This document shows positions 48,971 through 60,515 of a DNA stretch of 64,000 nucleotides, piece after piece. A model generated the notes under the pieces. That model searched no databases and was not told where the DNA came from. It was given only the letters and a program-made list of their open reading frames with translations. Origin of the DNA: Methanomicrobiales archaeon (GTDB taxonomy: Archaea > Halobacteriota > Methanomicrobia > Methanomicrobiales > Methanospirillaceae); assembly GCA_037137755.1 (NCBI GenBank), contig JBAXJR010000005.1, forward strand, positions 23,026 to 87,025, in the 5' to 3' direction. Position 1 is the first letter of the stretch, and each line of letters starts with the position of its first letter. Made by a program: the position numbers and the translations under genes.

Positions 48971-49181
48971 GGAGCGAAAGATGTGCGGTTGGGTGGAGTC
49001 GAGATATATACCTGTATCCAAGGATTGGTCCTGTATCCGGGAGAAAAACATAGTTTATCCGGGTTACCTGGATGGTTAGCCAAATTTCTAACATGTAATG
49101 GTTTCCGGTGGGACACAACCGCGTGGCAGCACCCAGGTCCCCGGCCTGCATGGGACATCAAAAAATGGGTAAGCGAAGAGA

Positions 49182-49832
49182 TTATTCAGGCACTTCGGTT
49201 TCCTCGCCATATCCTTCTTTCAGGATCTCCTGGTCCACCTCCTTCAGCAGACGCTGGATGTCGATCCAGATGATCAGCTCGTTGACGTCCTTGTCTTTTA
49301 TCCGGATTTTCTTCCTGATGATACCAATGATATTATTCTGTTCCCGGTTTACGGAAGCTGCCGACGTGTCCACCTCCTTCCTTGAAAAGGTGGAGACCGA
49401 GAGGACATCATCGACCATGATCCCGATCTTCGACTTGGTGATGCGGTCATCGAGGACAATGATCCGGGACGTAGCCTCATCTGTTTTCTTTTCGCTGTGA
49501 ATATGCATCAGGTTTTTTAAGTCGATGATGGTGGTGATTTCACCCCTTAAATCAATAATACCCCGGATGTGCGGGGGGGTATCCGGGAGATGGGTAATCC
49601 GTGTATACTCCACCACTTCCCGTACCTCAAAGAGGTCGACGGCAAAATGTTCGTCGCCCAGGAGGAATTCGACTACCTGGATATTATCACTCAGTTTTTG
49701 AACCACCTCACCATTTTTCGCATGGGGAATATGTGGTGTTGTTGCGTTCTGGTCTGCATGGATATCAACATGTGTGGGGTGAAATGCCACACTCCCGCTT
49801 GGGGGGACATGGATAACCTGTTCGTCGGTCAT
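49182..49832 (-). CDS. cheW: Chemotaxis coupling protein CheW
   Basis: VVEFLLGDEHFAVD...VREVV...LPDTPPHIRGIIDLRGEITTIIDL, GIMVDDV. Confidence 0.92.
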   Translation of the reverse strand: MTDEQVIHVPPSGSVAFHPTHVDIHADQNATTPHIPHAKNGEVVQKLSDNIQVVEFLLGDEHFAVDLFEVREVVEYTRITHLPDTPPHIRGIIDLRGEITTIIDLKNLMHIHSEKKTDEATSRIIVLDDRITKSKIGIMVDDVLSVSTFSRKEVDTSAASVNREQNNIIGIIRKKIRIKDKDVNELIIWIDIQRLLKEVDQEILKEGYGEETEVPE

Positions 49833-49847
49833 ATGCGGTTCCTCCTT

Positions 49848-52800
49848 TCAGACCTTGAACTTGGCCATCTCTTTCGAGACATTGTTCACAATCGCGTTCA
49901 CACCGCCCATGACCTTGGTGATCTGGTCAATGGATGCGGAAGCCTCTTCCGAAGCGGCAGCGGCATCCATCGCGTCCTTTGCGGTTGCCTGGACCATCCC
50001 GTGCACTTCGTTGACACTTGCGGTCACTTCTTCCACCGTTGCAGCCTGTTCCTCGCTCACGCTGGCCACTTCCACCACGTTTTTGCTGATATCTTCAATT
50101 GACTTTGCGATATCCTTGAACGAACGGAGTGTCTGCGCGAGTGACTCGCTCCCGGCTTTCACTTCACGGTTCGAGGATGCAACCGCTTCACCGGCAGCCA
50201 TCGACTTCTTCTGGAGTGTCCCGATCATATCCGCGATATTCTCTGCGGATGCACGGGACTCCTGGGCGAGTGATTTCACTTCAGTGGCGACGACGGCAAA
50301 GCCCCTGCCTGCTTCTCCAGCCCGGGCCGCTTCAATTGCCGCATTGAGTGCGAGGAGGTTTGTCTGGTTTGCAAGGTCGCTGATCAGGCCGACGATCTTT
50401 CCGATCTTGTCCATCTCTGCCTTGATATCGACAATTATCTTGTCGACTTCATTGGAAGAGGTGGTGATGCTTTGCATTCCACGTTCTGCCTGCTCGGCAA
50501 GCCCGGTACCTTTCACGCTCAGCGTGTTGGCGTCCTCGGTCAGCTGAGATACTTTTTCAGCTTTCTGGGCAACATCGGTTACCGTCTGGTTGAGGTCCTC
50601 CATTGCCCTTAATACCTGGGTAATCCCTTCATTTCCACGTTCTGCGTTGTTACTGACACCAGCGGCATTCTTTGCGATCTGTTCAGCACCGGATGAAACT
50701 TCTTCAATACTTGCATTGGCCTCCTGTGCACTGGATGCAAGGTCCAGCACCTGCTGGTTGATCAGGTTCACTGCTTTTGAGACCTCGATGCCGATGCTGT
50801 TCAGTGCGTCTTTGAACTTGATGAAGTCGCCTTCTACGTGAAGGTTTTCATCAACGCGGGCTGAGAAGTTGCATTTTGAAAACTCGATTGACATCCGCAA
50901 TGCTTCGTTGACCGGGTTGATCACCGAGTCGAGGGTCGAGTTGACACCTTCAACAATCTTCCGGTAGTCGCCCTGGTGTTTTGTTGCATCGGCACGTGTC
51001 TTGAGTTTTCCTTCAACGGCAGCCTTGGCAAGCATATTGGCATCAGCGACGAGGGCATTGATGTTATCGATACAATTGTTTAAGTTGTTCTTGATGACAT
51101 TGAAGTCCCCGTTGTAGTTATCGGTGATCTTTGCCGGGATCTGACCTTTGCTGATGTGATCAACATAATCGGCTGCAACGTTCAGGGGCCCGATGACAGA
51201 GTCAAGACAGTTGTTCACCCCGACAACAATTGCCCTGTAATCTCCCTGGTGTTTTGTCGCATCTGCCCGGGTCGCGAGTTTCCCTTCAACGGCAGCCTTT
51301 TCAAGCATTACCGCATCAGCAACGAGGGCATTGATATTGTCAATACAGTTGTTCAGGTTGTTCTTGATGACATTGAAGTCGCCGTTGTACTGGTCGGTGA
51401 TCTTGTCCGGTATTTCACCTTTGCTGATCCGGTCGACATAGTCTGCGGCGACATTGAGAGGTCCGATAACGGAGTCGAGGGTCGCATTCACGCCTTCAAC
51501 AATCTTCCGGTAATCGCCCTGTTGTTTTGTTGCATCCGCCCGTGTCTTTAGTTTTCCTTCGACTGCGGCCTTCGCGAGCATGTTTGCATCGGCGACGAGA
51601 CCGTTGATGGCGTCGATACATGCGTTCAGGGTGTTCTTGATCTCGTTGAAGTCACCATTGTACTTGTCGGTGATCTTCGCCGGGATTTCCCCTTTGCTGA
51701 TCCGGTCAACGTACTCAGCAGCGACATTGAGAGGTCCGATAACGGAGTCGAGGCAGTTATTCACACCAACAACAATTGCCCTGTAATCACCCTGGTGTTT
51801 CGTTGCATCCGCCCGTGTATCGAGTTTCCCTTCTACCGCGGCCTTTTCGAGCATGTTGGCGTCGGCGACGAGTGCATTGATGTTGTCGATACAATTATTC
51901 AGGTTGTTCTTGATCTCGTTGAAGTCCCCATTGTACTTGTCAGTAATCTTCGCCGGGATCTCGCCCTTGCTGATACGGTCTACATACTCGGCAGCAACGT
52001 TAAGTGGCCCTATAACGGAATCAAGGCAGTTGTTCACACCTTCGACAATCTTCCGGTAATCACCCTGGTGTTTTGATGCATCTGCCCTTGTGTCGAGTTT
52101 CCCTTCGACTGCTGCCTTTGCGAGCATGTTTGCATCAGCGACAAGGGAATTAATATTGTCAATGCATGCGTTCAGGGTGTTCTTGATCTCGTTAAAGTCC
52201 CCGTTATAATTATCAGTGATCTTTGCCGGGATCTCCCCTTTGCTGATGCGGTCAACGTATTCAGCGGCGACATTGAGAGGTCCGATAACTGCATCGAGTG
52301 TCGCATTCACACCTTCAACGATCCTCCGGTAGTCGCCCTGGTGCTTCGTCATATCTGCCCTTGTGTCGAGTCTCCCTTCGACAGCAGCTTTCCCAAGCAT
52401 ATTCGCATCAGCGACGAGTGCATTGATGTTGTCGATACAGTTGTTCAGGTTGTTCTTGATGACATTGAAGTCACCGTTGTAAGGGTCAGTGATCTTGTCG
52501 GGGATAGCACCCTTACTGATCTTATCAACATAATCTGCTGCCACATTGAGAGGGCCGATAACTGAGTCAAGGCAGTTATTTACACCGACAACAATTGCCC
52601 TGTAATCACCCTGGTGTTTTGTGGCATCAGCGCGGGTTGCAAGTTTCCCTTCAACGGCAGCCTTTTCAAGCATGGATGCATCGGCGACAAGAGCGTTGAC
52701 GGCGTCAATACATGCATTCAACGTTTTCTTGATCTCGTTGAAGTCCCCGTTATAGTTATCGGTGATCTTTGCCGGGATCTCTCCCTTGCTGATACGGTCT

Positions 52801-54260
52801 ACATACTCGGCAGCAACATTGAGAGGTCCGATGACTGCATCGAGGGTGGCATTCACGCCTTCAACAATCTTGCGGTAATCTCCGTGTTGCTTCGTTGCAT
52901 CCGCCCTTGTATCGAGTTTCCCTTCAACCGCGGCCTTCGCAAGCATGTTGGCGTCAGCGACCAGCCCGTTTATGGCGTCGATACATGCATTCAGGGTGTT
53001 CTTGATCTCGTTAAAGTCCCCGTTGTAGTTATCGGTGATCTTTGCCGGGATCTCCCCCTTGCTGATACGGTCTACATACTCGGCAGCAACATTGAGAGGT
53101 CCGATGACTGCATCGAGGGTGGCATTCACGCCTTCAACAATCTTGCGGTAATCTCCGTGTTGCTTCGTTGCATCCGCCCTTGTATCGAGTTTCCCTTCAA
53201 CCGCGGCCTTCGCAAGCATGTTGGCGTCAGCGACCAGCCCGTTTATGGCGTCGATACATGCATTCAGGGTGTTCTTGATCTCGTTAAAGTCCCCGTTGTA
53301 GTTATCGGTGATCTTTGCCGGGATCTCCCCCTTGCTGATACGGTCTACATACTCGGCAGCAACATTGAGAGGTCCGATGACAGAGTCCAGTGTCGAGTTG
53401 ACACCTTCGACAATCTTCCGGTAATCTCCCTGATGTTTTGAGGCATCCGCCCGGGTGTCGAGTTTCCCCTCGACTGCAGCCGTTTCAAGCATCTTGGCAT
53501 CAGCAACGAGCGCATTGATGTTGTCGATACAATTGTTCAGGTTATTCTTGATCTCGTTGAAATCCCCGTTGTACTTATCGGTGATCTTCGGGGGAATGTC
53601 ACCTTTGGAGATCCGGTCAACGTACTCTGCGGCAACATTGAGAGGTCCGATGACTGCATCGAGGCAGTCATCCACACCCTGGACAATATTACGAAATTCG
53701 CCCTGGTGTTTAGAAGCATCGGCCCGGGTGTCAAGCTGACCTTCAACTGCGGCCTTTGCCAGCATATTGGCGTCAATGGTCAGTTCCTTGAGAGCACCCA
53801 GGCATTGTAAGAATCCAGGTACAATCCTGTCATTCTCTGAACGCCTGCCAATTTCTTTATACTCTGCATACTCGCTGATATCCCCCTCACTGATTTTTAC
53901 TATAGAACCTGCGATATGATTGACCCGGTCCCGCACCAGGTTTACGCCAGTAGCAGCCTCTCCGGCCAGCCCCTCGTAATGCCCCTCAATTTTCAGGGTG
54001 TGATCATTCATACTCATCCTGGTAAGTACCGGGACAGCCTCAACAAGAAAATTATTCAAATTGTTATACTTAGTTCGAATTTCATCCTGCGCATTTGAAT
54101 CTCCATTAAATGCTTTGTCAAACAATGTGTCGGTATCCATAGAATTCACTTCAGTCTCTTCTTTCATCGCTCGGGCACCTTCTTTTATAAGTCTTGATTT
54201 CTTTCGGGCTATTCCGGATTTAGAGTCTTCTTTGTTATGAGTTTCGTTTGAATCTGCCAT
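49848..54260 (-). CDS. Cytoplasmic poly-HAMP methyl-accepting chemotaxis protein
   Basis: [34 protein letters not shown] hairpin, 91-aa repeats, no TM segment. AGGGAG precedes ATG at 54260. Confidence 0.95.
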   Translation of the reverse strand: MADSNETHNKEDSKSGIARKKSRLIKEGARAMKEETEVNSMDTDTLFDKAFNGDSNAQDEIRTKYNNLNNFLVEAVPVLTRMSMNDHTLKIEGHYEGLAGEAATGVNLVRDRVNHIAGSIVKISEGDISEYAEYKEIGRRSENDRIVPGFLQCLGALKELTIDANMLAKAAVEGQLDTRADASKHQGEFRNIVQGVDDCLDAVIGPLNVAAEYVDRISKGDIPPKITDKYNGDFNEIKNNLNNCIDNINALVADAKMLETAAVEGKLDTRADASKHQGDYRKIVEGVNSTLDSVIGPLNVAAEYVDRISKGEIPAKITDNYNGDFNEIKNTLNACIDAINGLVADANMLAKAAVEGKLDTRADATKQHGDYRKIVEGVNATLDAVIGPLNVAAEYVDRISKGEIPAKITDNYNGDFNEIKNTLNACIDAINGLVADANMLAKAAVEGKLDTRADATKQHGDYRKIVEGVNATLDAVIGPLNVAAEYVDRISKGEIPAKITDNYNGDFNEIKKTLNACIDAVNALVADASMLEKAAVEGKLATRADATKHQGDYRAIVVGVNNCLDSVIGPLNVAADYVDKISKGAIPDKITDPYNGDFNVIKNNLNNCIDNINALVADANMLGKAAVEGRLDTRADMTKHQGDYRRIVEGVNATLDAVIGPLNVAAEYVDRISKGEIPAKITDNYNGDFNEIKNTLNACIDNINSLVADANMLAKAAVEGKLDTRADASKHQGDYRKIVEGVNNCLDSVIGPLNVAAEYVDRISKGEIPAKITDKYNGDFNEIKNNLNNCIDNINALVADANMLEKAAVEGKLDTRADATKHQGDYRAIVVGVNNCLDSVIGPLNVAAEYVDRISKGEIPAKITDKYNGDFNEIKNTLNACIDAINGLVADANMLAKAAVEGKLKTRADATKQQGDYRKIVEGVNATLDSVIGPLNVAADYVDRISKGEIPDKITDQYNGDFNVIKNNLNNCIDNINALVADAVMLEKAAVEGKLATRADATKHQGDYRAIVVGVNNCLDSVIGPLNVAADYVDHISKGQIPAKITDNYNGDFNVIKNNLNNCIDNINALVADANMLAKAAVEGKLKTRADATKHQGDYRKIVEGVNSTLDSVINPVNEALRMSIEFSKCNFSARVDENLHVEGDFIKFKDALNSIGIEVSKAVNLINQQVLDLASSAQEANASIEEVSSGAEQIAKNAAGVSNNAERGNEGITQVLRAMEDLNQTVTDVAQKAEKVSQLTEDANTLSVKGTGLAEQAERGMQSITTSSNEVDKIIVDIKAEMDKIGKIVGLISDLANQTNLLALNAAIEAARAGEAGRGFAVVATEVKSLAQESRASAENIADMIGTLQKKSMAAGEAVASSNREVKAGSESLAQTLRSFKDIAKSIEDISKNVVEVASVSEEQAATVEEVTASVNEVHGMVQATAKDAMDAAAASEEASASIDQITKVMGGVNAIVNNVSKEMAKFKV
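50915..53774 (-). repeat. Intragenic tandem array, about 10.5 units of 273 bp (91 aa, two HAMP-like units each)
   Basis: [77 protein letters not shown] counted 10 times plus a half unit. Confidence 0.95.
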
Positions 54261-54495
54261 GCATGATCTCCCTGTACCGGCGTGTAATCCCCCGATACAG
54301 GAGATCAGGACACTGAGGAGCATTCCCTCCCGGGGTACATGCCGAGTCAGTGAACTGGTGTTCACCAGAAATTATCCGATGAGCCGGGTTACAAAATAGA
54401 AATGTAGTTGCGTGCGTATAAAGATGCACATCTGCTTTGCATACTCGCATGGCACTGACATATGTTGAATAGTATCCAATGAGTTTTTTATAGTA

Positions 54496-56685
54496 ATGGC
54501 AGTTGGAAAATGTTCTGAGGATGTCTCCCGTATTCGCGATTTATTGTCAGAAAATCCCGAAGGGCTGACGATTAAGGACATTTCAGAAATGCTTGGCATG
54601 AATCGCAATTCTGCCGCAAAAAATTTACAACTTCTCAAGATGCAGGGCAGGGTCACGCTCAAACATATCGGGCCTGCCAAAATCTATGGTCTTGCAAGCA
54701 AATTACCGGTTGATGCAGTACTGAAACTCTCAAACAACGGCGTCATTGTATTCTGCAATGGGGAAACCGTTGTCGACAGTAATGAGAAATTCCAGGAACT
54801 TCTGCAACTTGAAAAAAATGACATCATCGGAAAAAAAGCAGAACAACTCCCTTATTTCATTGATTCAAACCCAGATCTACCCCGTTTAATCAGGGATGGC
54901 CTGAAAGGCAGAGAAAACAGGTTTTCAATGGACCTGGTGCAGAACGATCGTTCCATTCCGTGTATGGTAACCCTCAGCCCGGTATTTTTCGAAAGCGGTG
55001 ACCCGGGCGTTGCACTCATTGCAAACGTACCTGCATGTGCCAGCCCCATTCGTGCGGATAACGTTGCAAATAGTTCGCTGAACGAAATTGACGAGATAGA
55101 ATATAGTTGCCGGTTCTTACCGGACGGCACGCTCACGTATGTCAACCAGGCGTACAGCAATCTCCTGCACATGGAAAAAACAGAGGTCATCGGACAGAAA
55201 TGGCGACCGGCGGTACCTGAACGTGAATATGAAGAGATCAAAAAATGTCTTCGTTCACTGGACTCCGGCCACCCGGTAGCATTACGGGAGTTCAAAGTTA
55301 TCACCCCCCGCGGGGATTCCCGCTGGCAGCGTTGGATGTTCCGGATTTTGCCTGACCAGGACGGGAAGTCTTCAGGGTACACTGGTACTGGCATCGACAT
55401 CACCGAAATAAAAAATCTCGAAGATATGGTAAGGAAAGGTGAGGAAGAACGGGAGGCCCTGGTCCTGAAACACGAGGCCGTTATCCAGGACCTGAACCGG
55501 CAGATCTATCATGAGATCCACTGCCATGAAAAAACCAACGTTCAGCTCCAGTTCACCCAGTTTGTAGTGGACAACGCCTCGTACGTGATCATGTGGGTCA
55601 GTCGCGAAGGACAGCTGATCTATCTGAATAAGGTGGCCCGACAGGTGCTGGGTTACCCGGACGGCAAATTGCCGGGAATAACATTTCTCGATACCATCGC
55701 TGGCGGGTCCTCGTTTTCGTGGAATGATATCTGGGAGGCTGTCCGGCATCACCAGCAGTACACATTAGAATCAGCGCTGATGACCACTATGGGGGGAGAG
55801 ATCCCGGTTGAAATGGTCCTTGATTACCTCGAGTTCAAAGGCAGACAGTACTGTTGCTGTTTTGCAAAAGACATCACGGAGCGTAAACGGGTTGAAGAGG
55901 CAATGCGTTCGATCAGCAATTATAACCGTATACTGATAGAAGCAAGCCCGGACCCGCTTATGACGATTAATTGTGAGGGTAAGATATCAGATGTAAACAA
56001 CTCTACAGAAAACGTAACCGGGTACGCAAGAGACGAACTAATCGGGACCAGTTTCCCGGACTATTTCACCGAACCAGAGCGGGCAAGGGAAGGGTATCAG
56101 CGGGTGTTCAAAGACGGAAGCGTCCGTGATTACCCCCTCACTATCCGGCACCGCGAAGGTCAAATCACCCCGGTGTTGTATAATGCTACGGTCTACCACG
56201 ATGATACCGGGAATGTCCGTGGTGTCTTTGCAGCAGCCCGGGATATCACCGGGCGTAAACGGGCTGATGATGCGTTTCGTGCATCGGCCCGGTACACCCG
56301 CAGCCTGATCGAGGCGAGTCTTGACCCGCTTGTCACGATATCTCCCGATGGGCAGATCACGGACGTCAACGCGGCAACCGAGCGGGTTACCGGGTATTCC
56401 CGTAATAACCTGATAGGAACAGATTTTTCGGAATATTTTGCGGATCCCGGGAAAGCCAGGGAAGGATACCAGAAGGTGTTTGATGAAGGTATTGTGTGGG
56501 ATTACCCGCTTGAGATCCGGCACAGGGATGGAACTATAACCCCGGTCCTGTATAATGCGACAATCTACCGCGATGAATCGGGAACAATACAGGGTGTATT
56601 TGCGGCAGCCCGCACTATTGCCGGAAGGGCAACGGGTGGAAGAGATGCCATTGACAGTCGGGTAGAGGGGCATGGTTTGAGATGA
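54496..56685 (+). CDS. N-terminal winged-HTH + multi-PAS one-component regulator
   Basis: RIRDLLSENPEGLTIKDISEMLGMNRNSAAKNL..LKMQGRV...IGPAKIY followed by five PAS-like segments, the last two near-duplicates. Confidence 0.85.
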   Translation: MAVGKCSEDVSRIRDLLSENPEGLTIKDISEMLGMNRNSAAKNLQLLKMQGRVTLKHIGPAKIYGLASKLPVDAVLKLSNNGVIVFCNGETVVDSNEKFQELLQLEKNDIIGKKAEQLPYFIDSNPDLPRLIRDGLKGRENRFSMDLVQNDRSIPCMVTLSPVFFESGDPGVALIANVPACASPIRADNVANSSLNEIDEIEYSCRFLPDGTLTYVNQAYSNLLHMEKTEVIGQKWRPAVPEREYEEIKKCLRSLDSGHPVALREFKVITPRGDSRWQRWMFRILPDQDGKSSGYTGTGIDITEIKNLEDMVRKGEEEREALVLKHEAVIQDLNRQIYHEIHCHEKTNVQLQFTQFVVDNASYVIMWVSREGQLIYLNKVARQVLGYPDGKLPGITFLDTIAGGSSFSWNDIWEAVRHHQQYTLESALMTTMGGEIPVEMVLDYLEFKGRQYCCCFAKDITERKRVEEAMRSISNYNRILIEASPDPLMTINCEGKISDVNNSTENVTGYARDELIGTSFPDYFTEPERAREGYQRVFKDGSVRDYPLTIRHREGQITPVLYNATVYHDDTGNVRGVFAAARDITGRKRADDAFRASARYTRSLIEASLDPLVTISPDGQITDVNAATERVTGYSRNNLIGTDFSEYFADPGKAREGYQKVFDEGIVWDYPLEIRHRDGTITPVLYNATIYRDESGTIQGVFAAARTIAGRATGGRDAIDSRVEGHGLR

Positions 56686-59600
56686 CCGCTGCAATCCGGG
56701 TCTTATATGCGGACGACGAACCTGATCTTCTCGAGATCGGGAAACTGTTCCTTGAGCAATCCCGTGATTTCACGGTAACCACCGCAATGAGCGGGCCTGA
56801 TGCGATCCGGTTGTTTGAGCAGGAGTGGTTTGATGCAATCATCTCCGATTACCAGATGCCGGGGATGGATGGTATCCAGTTTCTTATTGAGGTGCGAAAA
56901 CGATTTGGATCAGTTCCGTTCATCCTGTTTACCGGGAAAGGCAGGGAGGAAGTGGTAATCCAGGCGATCAACAACGGTGTGGACTTCTATCTCCAGAAAG
57001 GGGGGGCACCCGAAGCGCAGTTTGCAGAGCTGGGTCACAAAATTCAGCAGGCAGTCCAACGGAAAAGAGCTGAAGACGGGTTACGGATAAATGAAGAACG
57101 GTTAAGCATGGCCCAGGCAATGGGGGGGATTGGAAGCTGGGAATTTGACCCGGTAACCAACACGCTCTGGGGGTCTCCGGAAGCGTTCCGGATCTTCGGG
57201 TACCCATCAACAGCGGATGGGACCATACGTCTGGACGAGATCGGGGTATGCATAACTGAAAGAGAGAGGGTCCGGTTAGCCCTGAAAAATCTCATCGAAA
57301 ACGGTGATGAATATAACCTTGAATATAGTATCAGTCCTGCTGACGGATCGGATAAAAAAATTCTTCACTCGGTCGGCCAGCTCCAAAGGGATGCGTCGGG
57401 AAAAATCATCAATATCAGCGGCGTCATTCAGGACATTACCGACGTTAAGAAATCTGAAGAACTGATTATCAGAGAACGGGAGAATTTTCATACGATATTA
57501 TCAACGGCACCCGTTGGTCTCCTGCTCATTAACCAGGACCAGGTCATTACCCAGGCAAACCGGTATCTCTCGTCCATCGTATTTCGTGAACCTGCCCAAA
57601 TAGTCGGAAAGCGGGTGGGTGAAGGGATCGGGTGTATTCATAGTACTGAGGAACCACGAGGTTGCAGTTTTTCGACGTCATGCCCGGAATGTCCCCTAAG
57701 AAATGGGATAGAACGTGTTCAGGAAGAAGGAAAGAGCCTGAACGGGGCAGTTATCGATCTCACCCTTCTCATCCATGGAAAACCTGAGCATCGCTGGCTC
57801 AGTGTGAATGCCGAACCGATCGAACTTGATGGCGTACGGCATACCATTGTCTCGGTAGATGACATTTCTGCCCACATGGAATACGAGGAAGAACGGATAC
57901 GCAAAAGTGATGAGCTCAGCGCCGCGTACGAACAGATTGCCGCAATAGAGGAGGAACTCAGGCAGAACTATAATGAACTGGCAGCAGGCCAGCATCTCCT
58001 GCAGGAGAGCCGCCAGTATCTCCAGTCAATTGTGCAGGGATCACCAATCCCGACCTTTGTCATTGATAAGGAGCACCGGGTCACCTCGTGGAACCGGGCA
58101 CTCGTGGATTACCTGGGTATATCTGCTGATCAGGTCATTGGAAAACCACTTGCAGGGCAGGCATTCTATAAAACTAACCGGCCTTCGCTTGCAGATCTTA
58201 TTGTAGACCAGGCATCAGACGAGATACCGAAATGGTACGAGGGGAAGTTTTCACGGTCTTCCGAAATTGAAGGTGCCTATGAGGTAACCGACTTTTTCCC
58301 AACGATGAAAGGAGGTACATGGCTATTTTTCACAGCATCCCCAATCTGCGATGATAAGGGAGACCTTATTGGGGCCATCGAGACGTTGCAGGACATCACC
58401 GGGCGCAAACGTGCTGAAGAAACGCTCACTCGTACAAACGAGGAACTCAATGCTGCCTATGAAGAACTTGCAGCAACCGAAGAAGAACTCCGCCAGAACC
58501 TTGATGAGGTCAGTAAAACCCAGCAAGACCTCCTGGAAAGCGAGGTGCGGTTCCGCTCTGCCATGAACCACCTTCCCGGGACTGCCTGGGCCGTTGACCG
58601 CGATCTCAGATACACCCTGTCACAGGGTGCAGGGCTATCTCAGATGGGCCTCAAACCAGACCAGGTCGTTGGAATGACCCTGTATGAGTTCTTCAGCACA
58701 CGTGACCCGTCCCACCCGGTCATCAGCCAGCACCTGCGTGCTCTTAACGGGGAAGAAATCGGGTATGACTATACCTATGAAGGAATATCGTTCAGAACAT
58801 ACCTGTCACCCCTTCACGATGCTCTGGGGAATATTACCGGTGTCACAGGCCTTGCTTTCAATATCACGGAACAGAGGCGGGCGGAAGAAGAACTGCAGAA
58901 GAGCGAGGAACGGTACCGGCTGATGAATGATGCCAGCCTCGATTATATCTACAGCTATGACCGGTCCGGCTGCTTTACCAATGCTAACCGGAGTCTCTGC
59001 GCTGCAATGAGGTTGCGTACTGATCAGATCCTCGGCAGGACACATAAGGAACTGGGTTTCCCTGATGCCCAGTGCCGGGACTGGGATGAGCTGCACCGGC
59101 GGGTCTATGAAACCGGGACGACCGTCACCGCTTTCACGTCTACACCAATGCCTGATGGCACAATCCGCCATTATGAGGTGGTATTAAACCCCCTGCATGA
59201 CATTTCCGGCGCGATTACCGGCATCGCCGGGACTACCCGCGACACCACCGACCGTAAGCGGGTCGAGGAGGCGCTTAGAGAAAGCGAGGAAAAATATCGC
59301 ACCCTGGTTGAACAGGCGAATGAGGCGATAATAATCACCCAAAATGGAGCCTTCGTCTTCGCCAACCGCAGGATGTCTGAAATCCTGGATGTGCCGCCAG
59401 GGTATCTTGAAGGGAAGCCTTTTATTGATTACATCTGGCCCGGTGACAGGGAGATGGTGGCTGAGAACCACAGGAAGCGGATCAGTGGAGAGACCATTCC
59501 TGACATCTACGATTTCAGAATCATCGGCACGGGAGGGAGCCTGATATGGATCTCCCTGTCTGCAGCAGTGATCCATTGGAAGGGAAAACCTGCAACGCTC

Positions 59601-60299
59601 AACATGGTGACAGATATTACCTTGCGAAAGCGGGCAGAGGAAGCACTCCTCCTGACCAACAGGAAGCTCAGTATACTCTCCGGCATAACCAGGCATGATA
59701 TCAATAACCAGATGACAGTGCTTATGGGTTATCTCCGCATTCTCGAAAAGAAACAGAATGATCCCACACTTAAGGATTATACCCGGAAGACAGCGATCGC
59801 AGCAGAGCGTGTAACTGCCATGATCCGGTTTACCAAAGAATACGAGGAGATCGGTGTCTGTGCTCCCATCTGGCAGGACGCGAGGTTGCTCGTGGATAAT
59901 ACGGCGACAGAAGCGCCGCTTGGAACGGTTATTATCAAAAACGATCTCCCTTCAGGAACAGAAGTATTCGCTGACCCATTAATCCGCATGATCTTTTACA
60001 ATTTGATGGACAATGCAGCGCGATACGGAGGGAAGATTACAACTATCCGGTTCTCTACTGAGGAATCAGGGGATGACCACCTGGTAGTATGCGAAGACGA
60101 TGGCGAAGGTATCGTTGCAGAAGAGAAGGAAAAAATCTTCGAGCGTGGGTATGGTAAGAACACAGGTATGGGTCTGTTCCTGTCCCGGGAAATCCTGTCC
60201 ATTACCGGCATTAGCATCCGTGAGACTGGCGAGCCGGGCAAGGGTGCACGGTTTGAGATGATGGTGCCGAAGGGGATGTACAGGTATCTTCTTACGTAG
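56682..60299 (+). CDS. Hybrid REC-multi-PAS histidine kinase
   Basis: VLYADDE, SDYQMPGMDG, about six PAS segments, ITRHDINNQM, DNAARYG. Confidence 0.92.
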   Translation: MTAAIRVLYADDEPDLLEIGKLFLEQSRDFTVTTAMSGPDAIRLFEQEWFDAIISDYQMPGMDGIQFLIEVRKRFGSVPFILFTGKGREEVVIQAINNGVDFYLQKGGAPEAQFAELGHKIQQAVQRKRAEDGLRINEERLSMAQAMGGIGSWEFDPVTNTLWGSPEAFRIFGYPSTADGTIRLDEIGVCITERERVRLALKNLIENGDEYNLEYSISPADGSDKKILHSVGQLQRDASGKIINISGVIQDITDVKKSEELIIRERENFHTILSTAPVGLLLINQDQVITQANRYLSSIVFREPAQIVGKRVGEGIGCIHSTEEPRGCSFSTSCPECPLRNGIERVQEEGKSLNGAVIDLTLLIHGKPEHRWLSVNAEPIELDGVRHTIVSVDDISAHMEYEEERIRKSDELSAAYEQIAAIEEELRQNYNELAAGQHLLQESRQYLQSIVQGSPIPTFVIDKEHRVTSWNRALVDYLGISADQVIGKPLAGQAFYKTNRPSLADLIVDQASDEIPKWYEGKFSRSSEIEGAYEVTDFFPTMKGGTWLFFTASPICDDKGDLIGAIETLQDITGRKRAEETLTRTNEELNAAYEELAATEEELRQNLDEVSKTQQDLLESEVRFRSAMNHLPGTAWAVDRDLRYTLSQGAGLSQMGLKPDQVVGMTLYEFFSTRDPSHPVISQHLRALNGEEIGYDYTYEGISFRTYLSPLHDALGNITGVTGLAFNITEQRRAEEELQKSEERYRLMNDASLDYIYSYDRSGCFTNANRSLCAAMRLRTDQILGRTHKELGFPDAQCRDWDELHRRVYETGTTVTAFTSTPMPDGTIRHYEVVLNPLHDISGAITGIAGTTRDTTDRKRVEEALRESEEKYRTLVEQANEAIIITQNGAFVFANRRMSEILDVPPGYLEGKPFIDYIWPGDREMVAENHRKRISGETIPDIYDFRIIGTGGSLIWISLSAAVIHWKGKPATLNMVTDITLRKRAEEALLLTNRKLSILSGITRHDINNQMTVLMGYLRILEKKQNDPTLKDYTRKTAIAAERVTAMIRFTKEYEEIGVCAPIWQDARLLVDNTATEAPLGTVIIKNDLPSGTEVFADPLIRMIFYNLMDNAARYGGKITTIRFSTEESGDDHLVVCEDDGEGIVAEEKEKIFERGYGKNTGMGLFLSREILSITGISIRETGEPGKGARFEMMVPKGMYRYLLT

Positions 60300-60515
60300 T
60301 ATTAGCTTGCGACCCTTCCTGCTCTATTCTTCAAACCCATCCCCTACGCCTCTTGTCCCATCCGGGGCAGGAGAGAAAAAAATGGAAAATCTCGGAATGA
60401 CACGTTCTCCCCAAACTCGAAACCCTCTGGTTCCCGGATGGAATAATTGATAACTCTTTTGTATCCAGAGAATAATTATGAGTAGTTATATCAGTATAAT
60501 ACCAGAGGTCAGGTT

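Noticed and set aside
49855-53739. Long plus-strand ORFs (e.g. 49855-50547, 52614-53441)
   Set aside because: They are antisense shadows of the repetitive MCP gene with no independent motifs.
50915-53774. Regular repeats as a possible CRISPR array or DGR template/variable pair
   Set aside because: The units are contiguous, in frame and protein-coding with no unique spacers, and no cas or reverse transcriptase gene is present.
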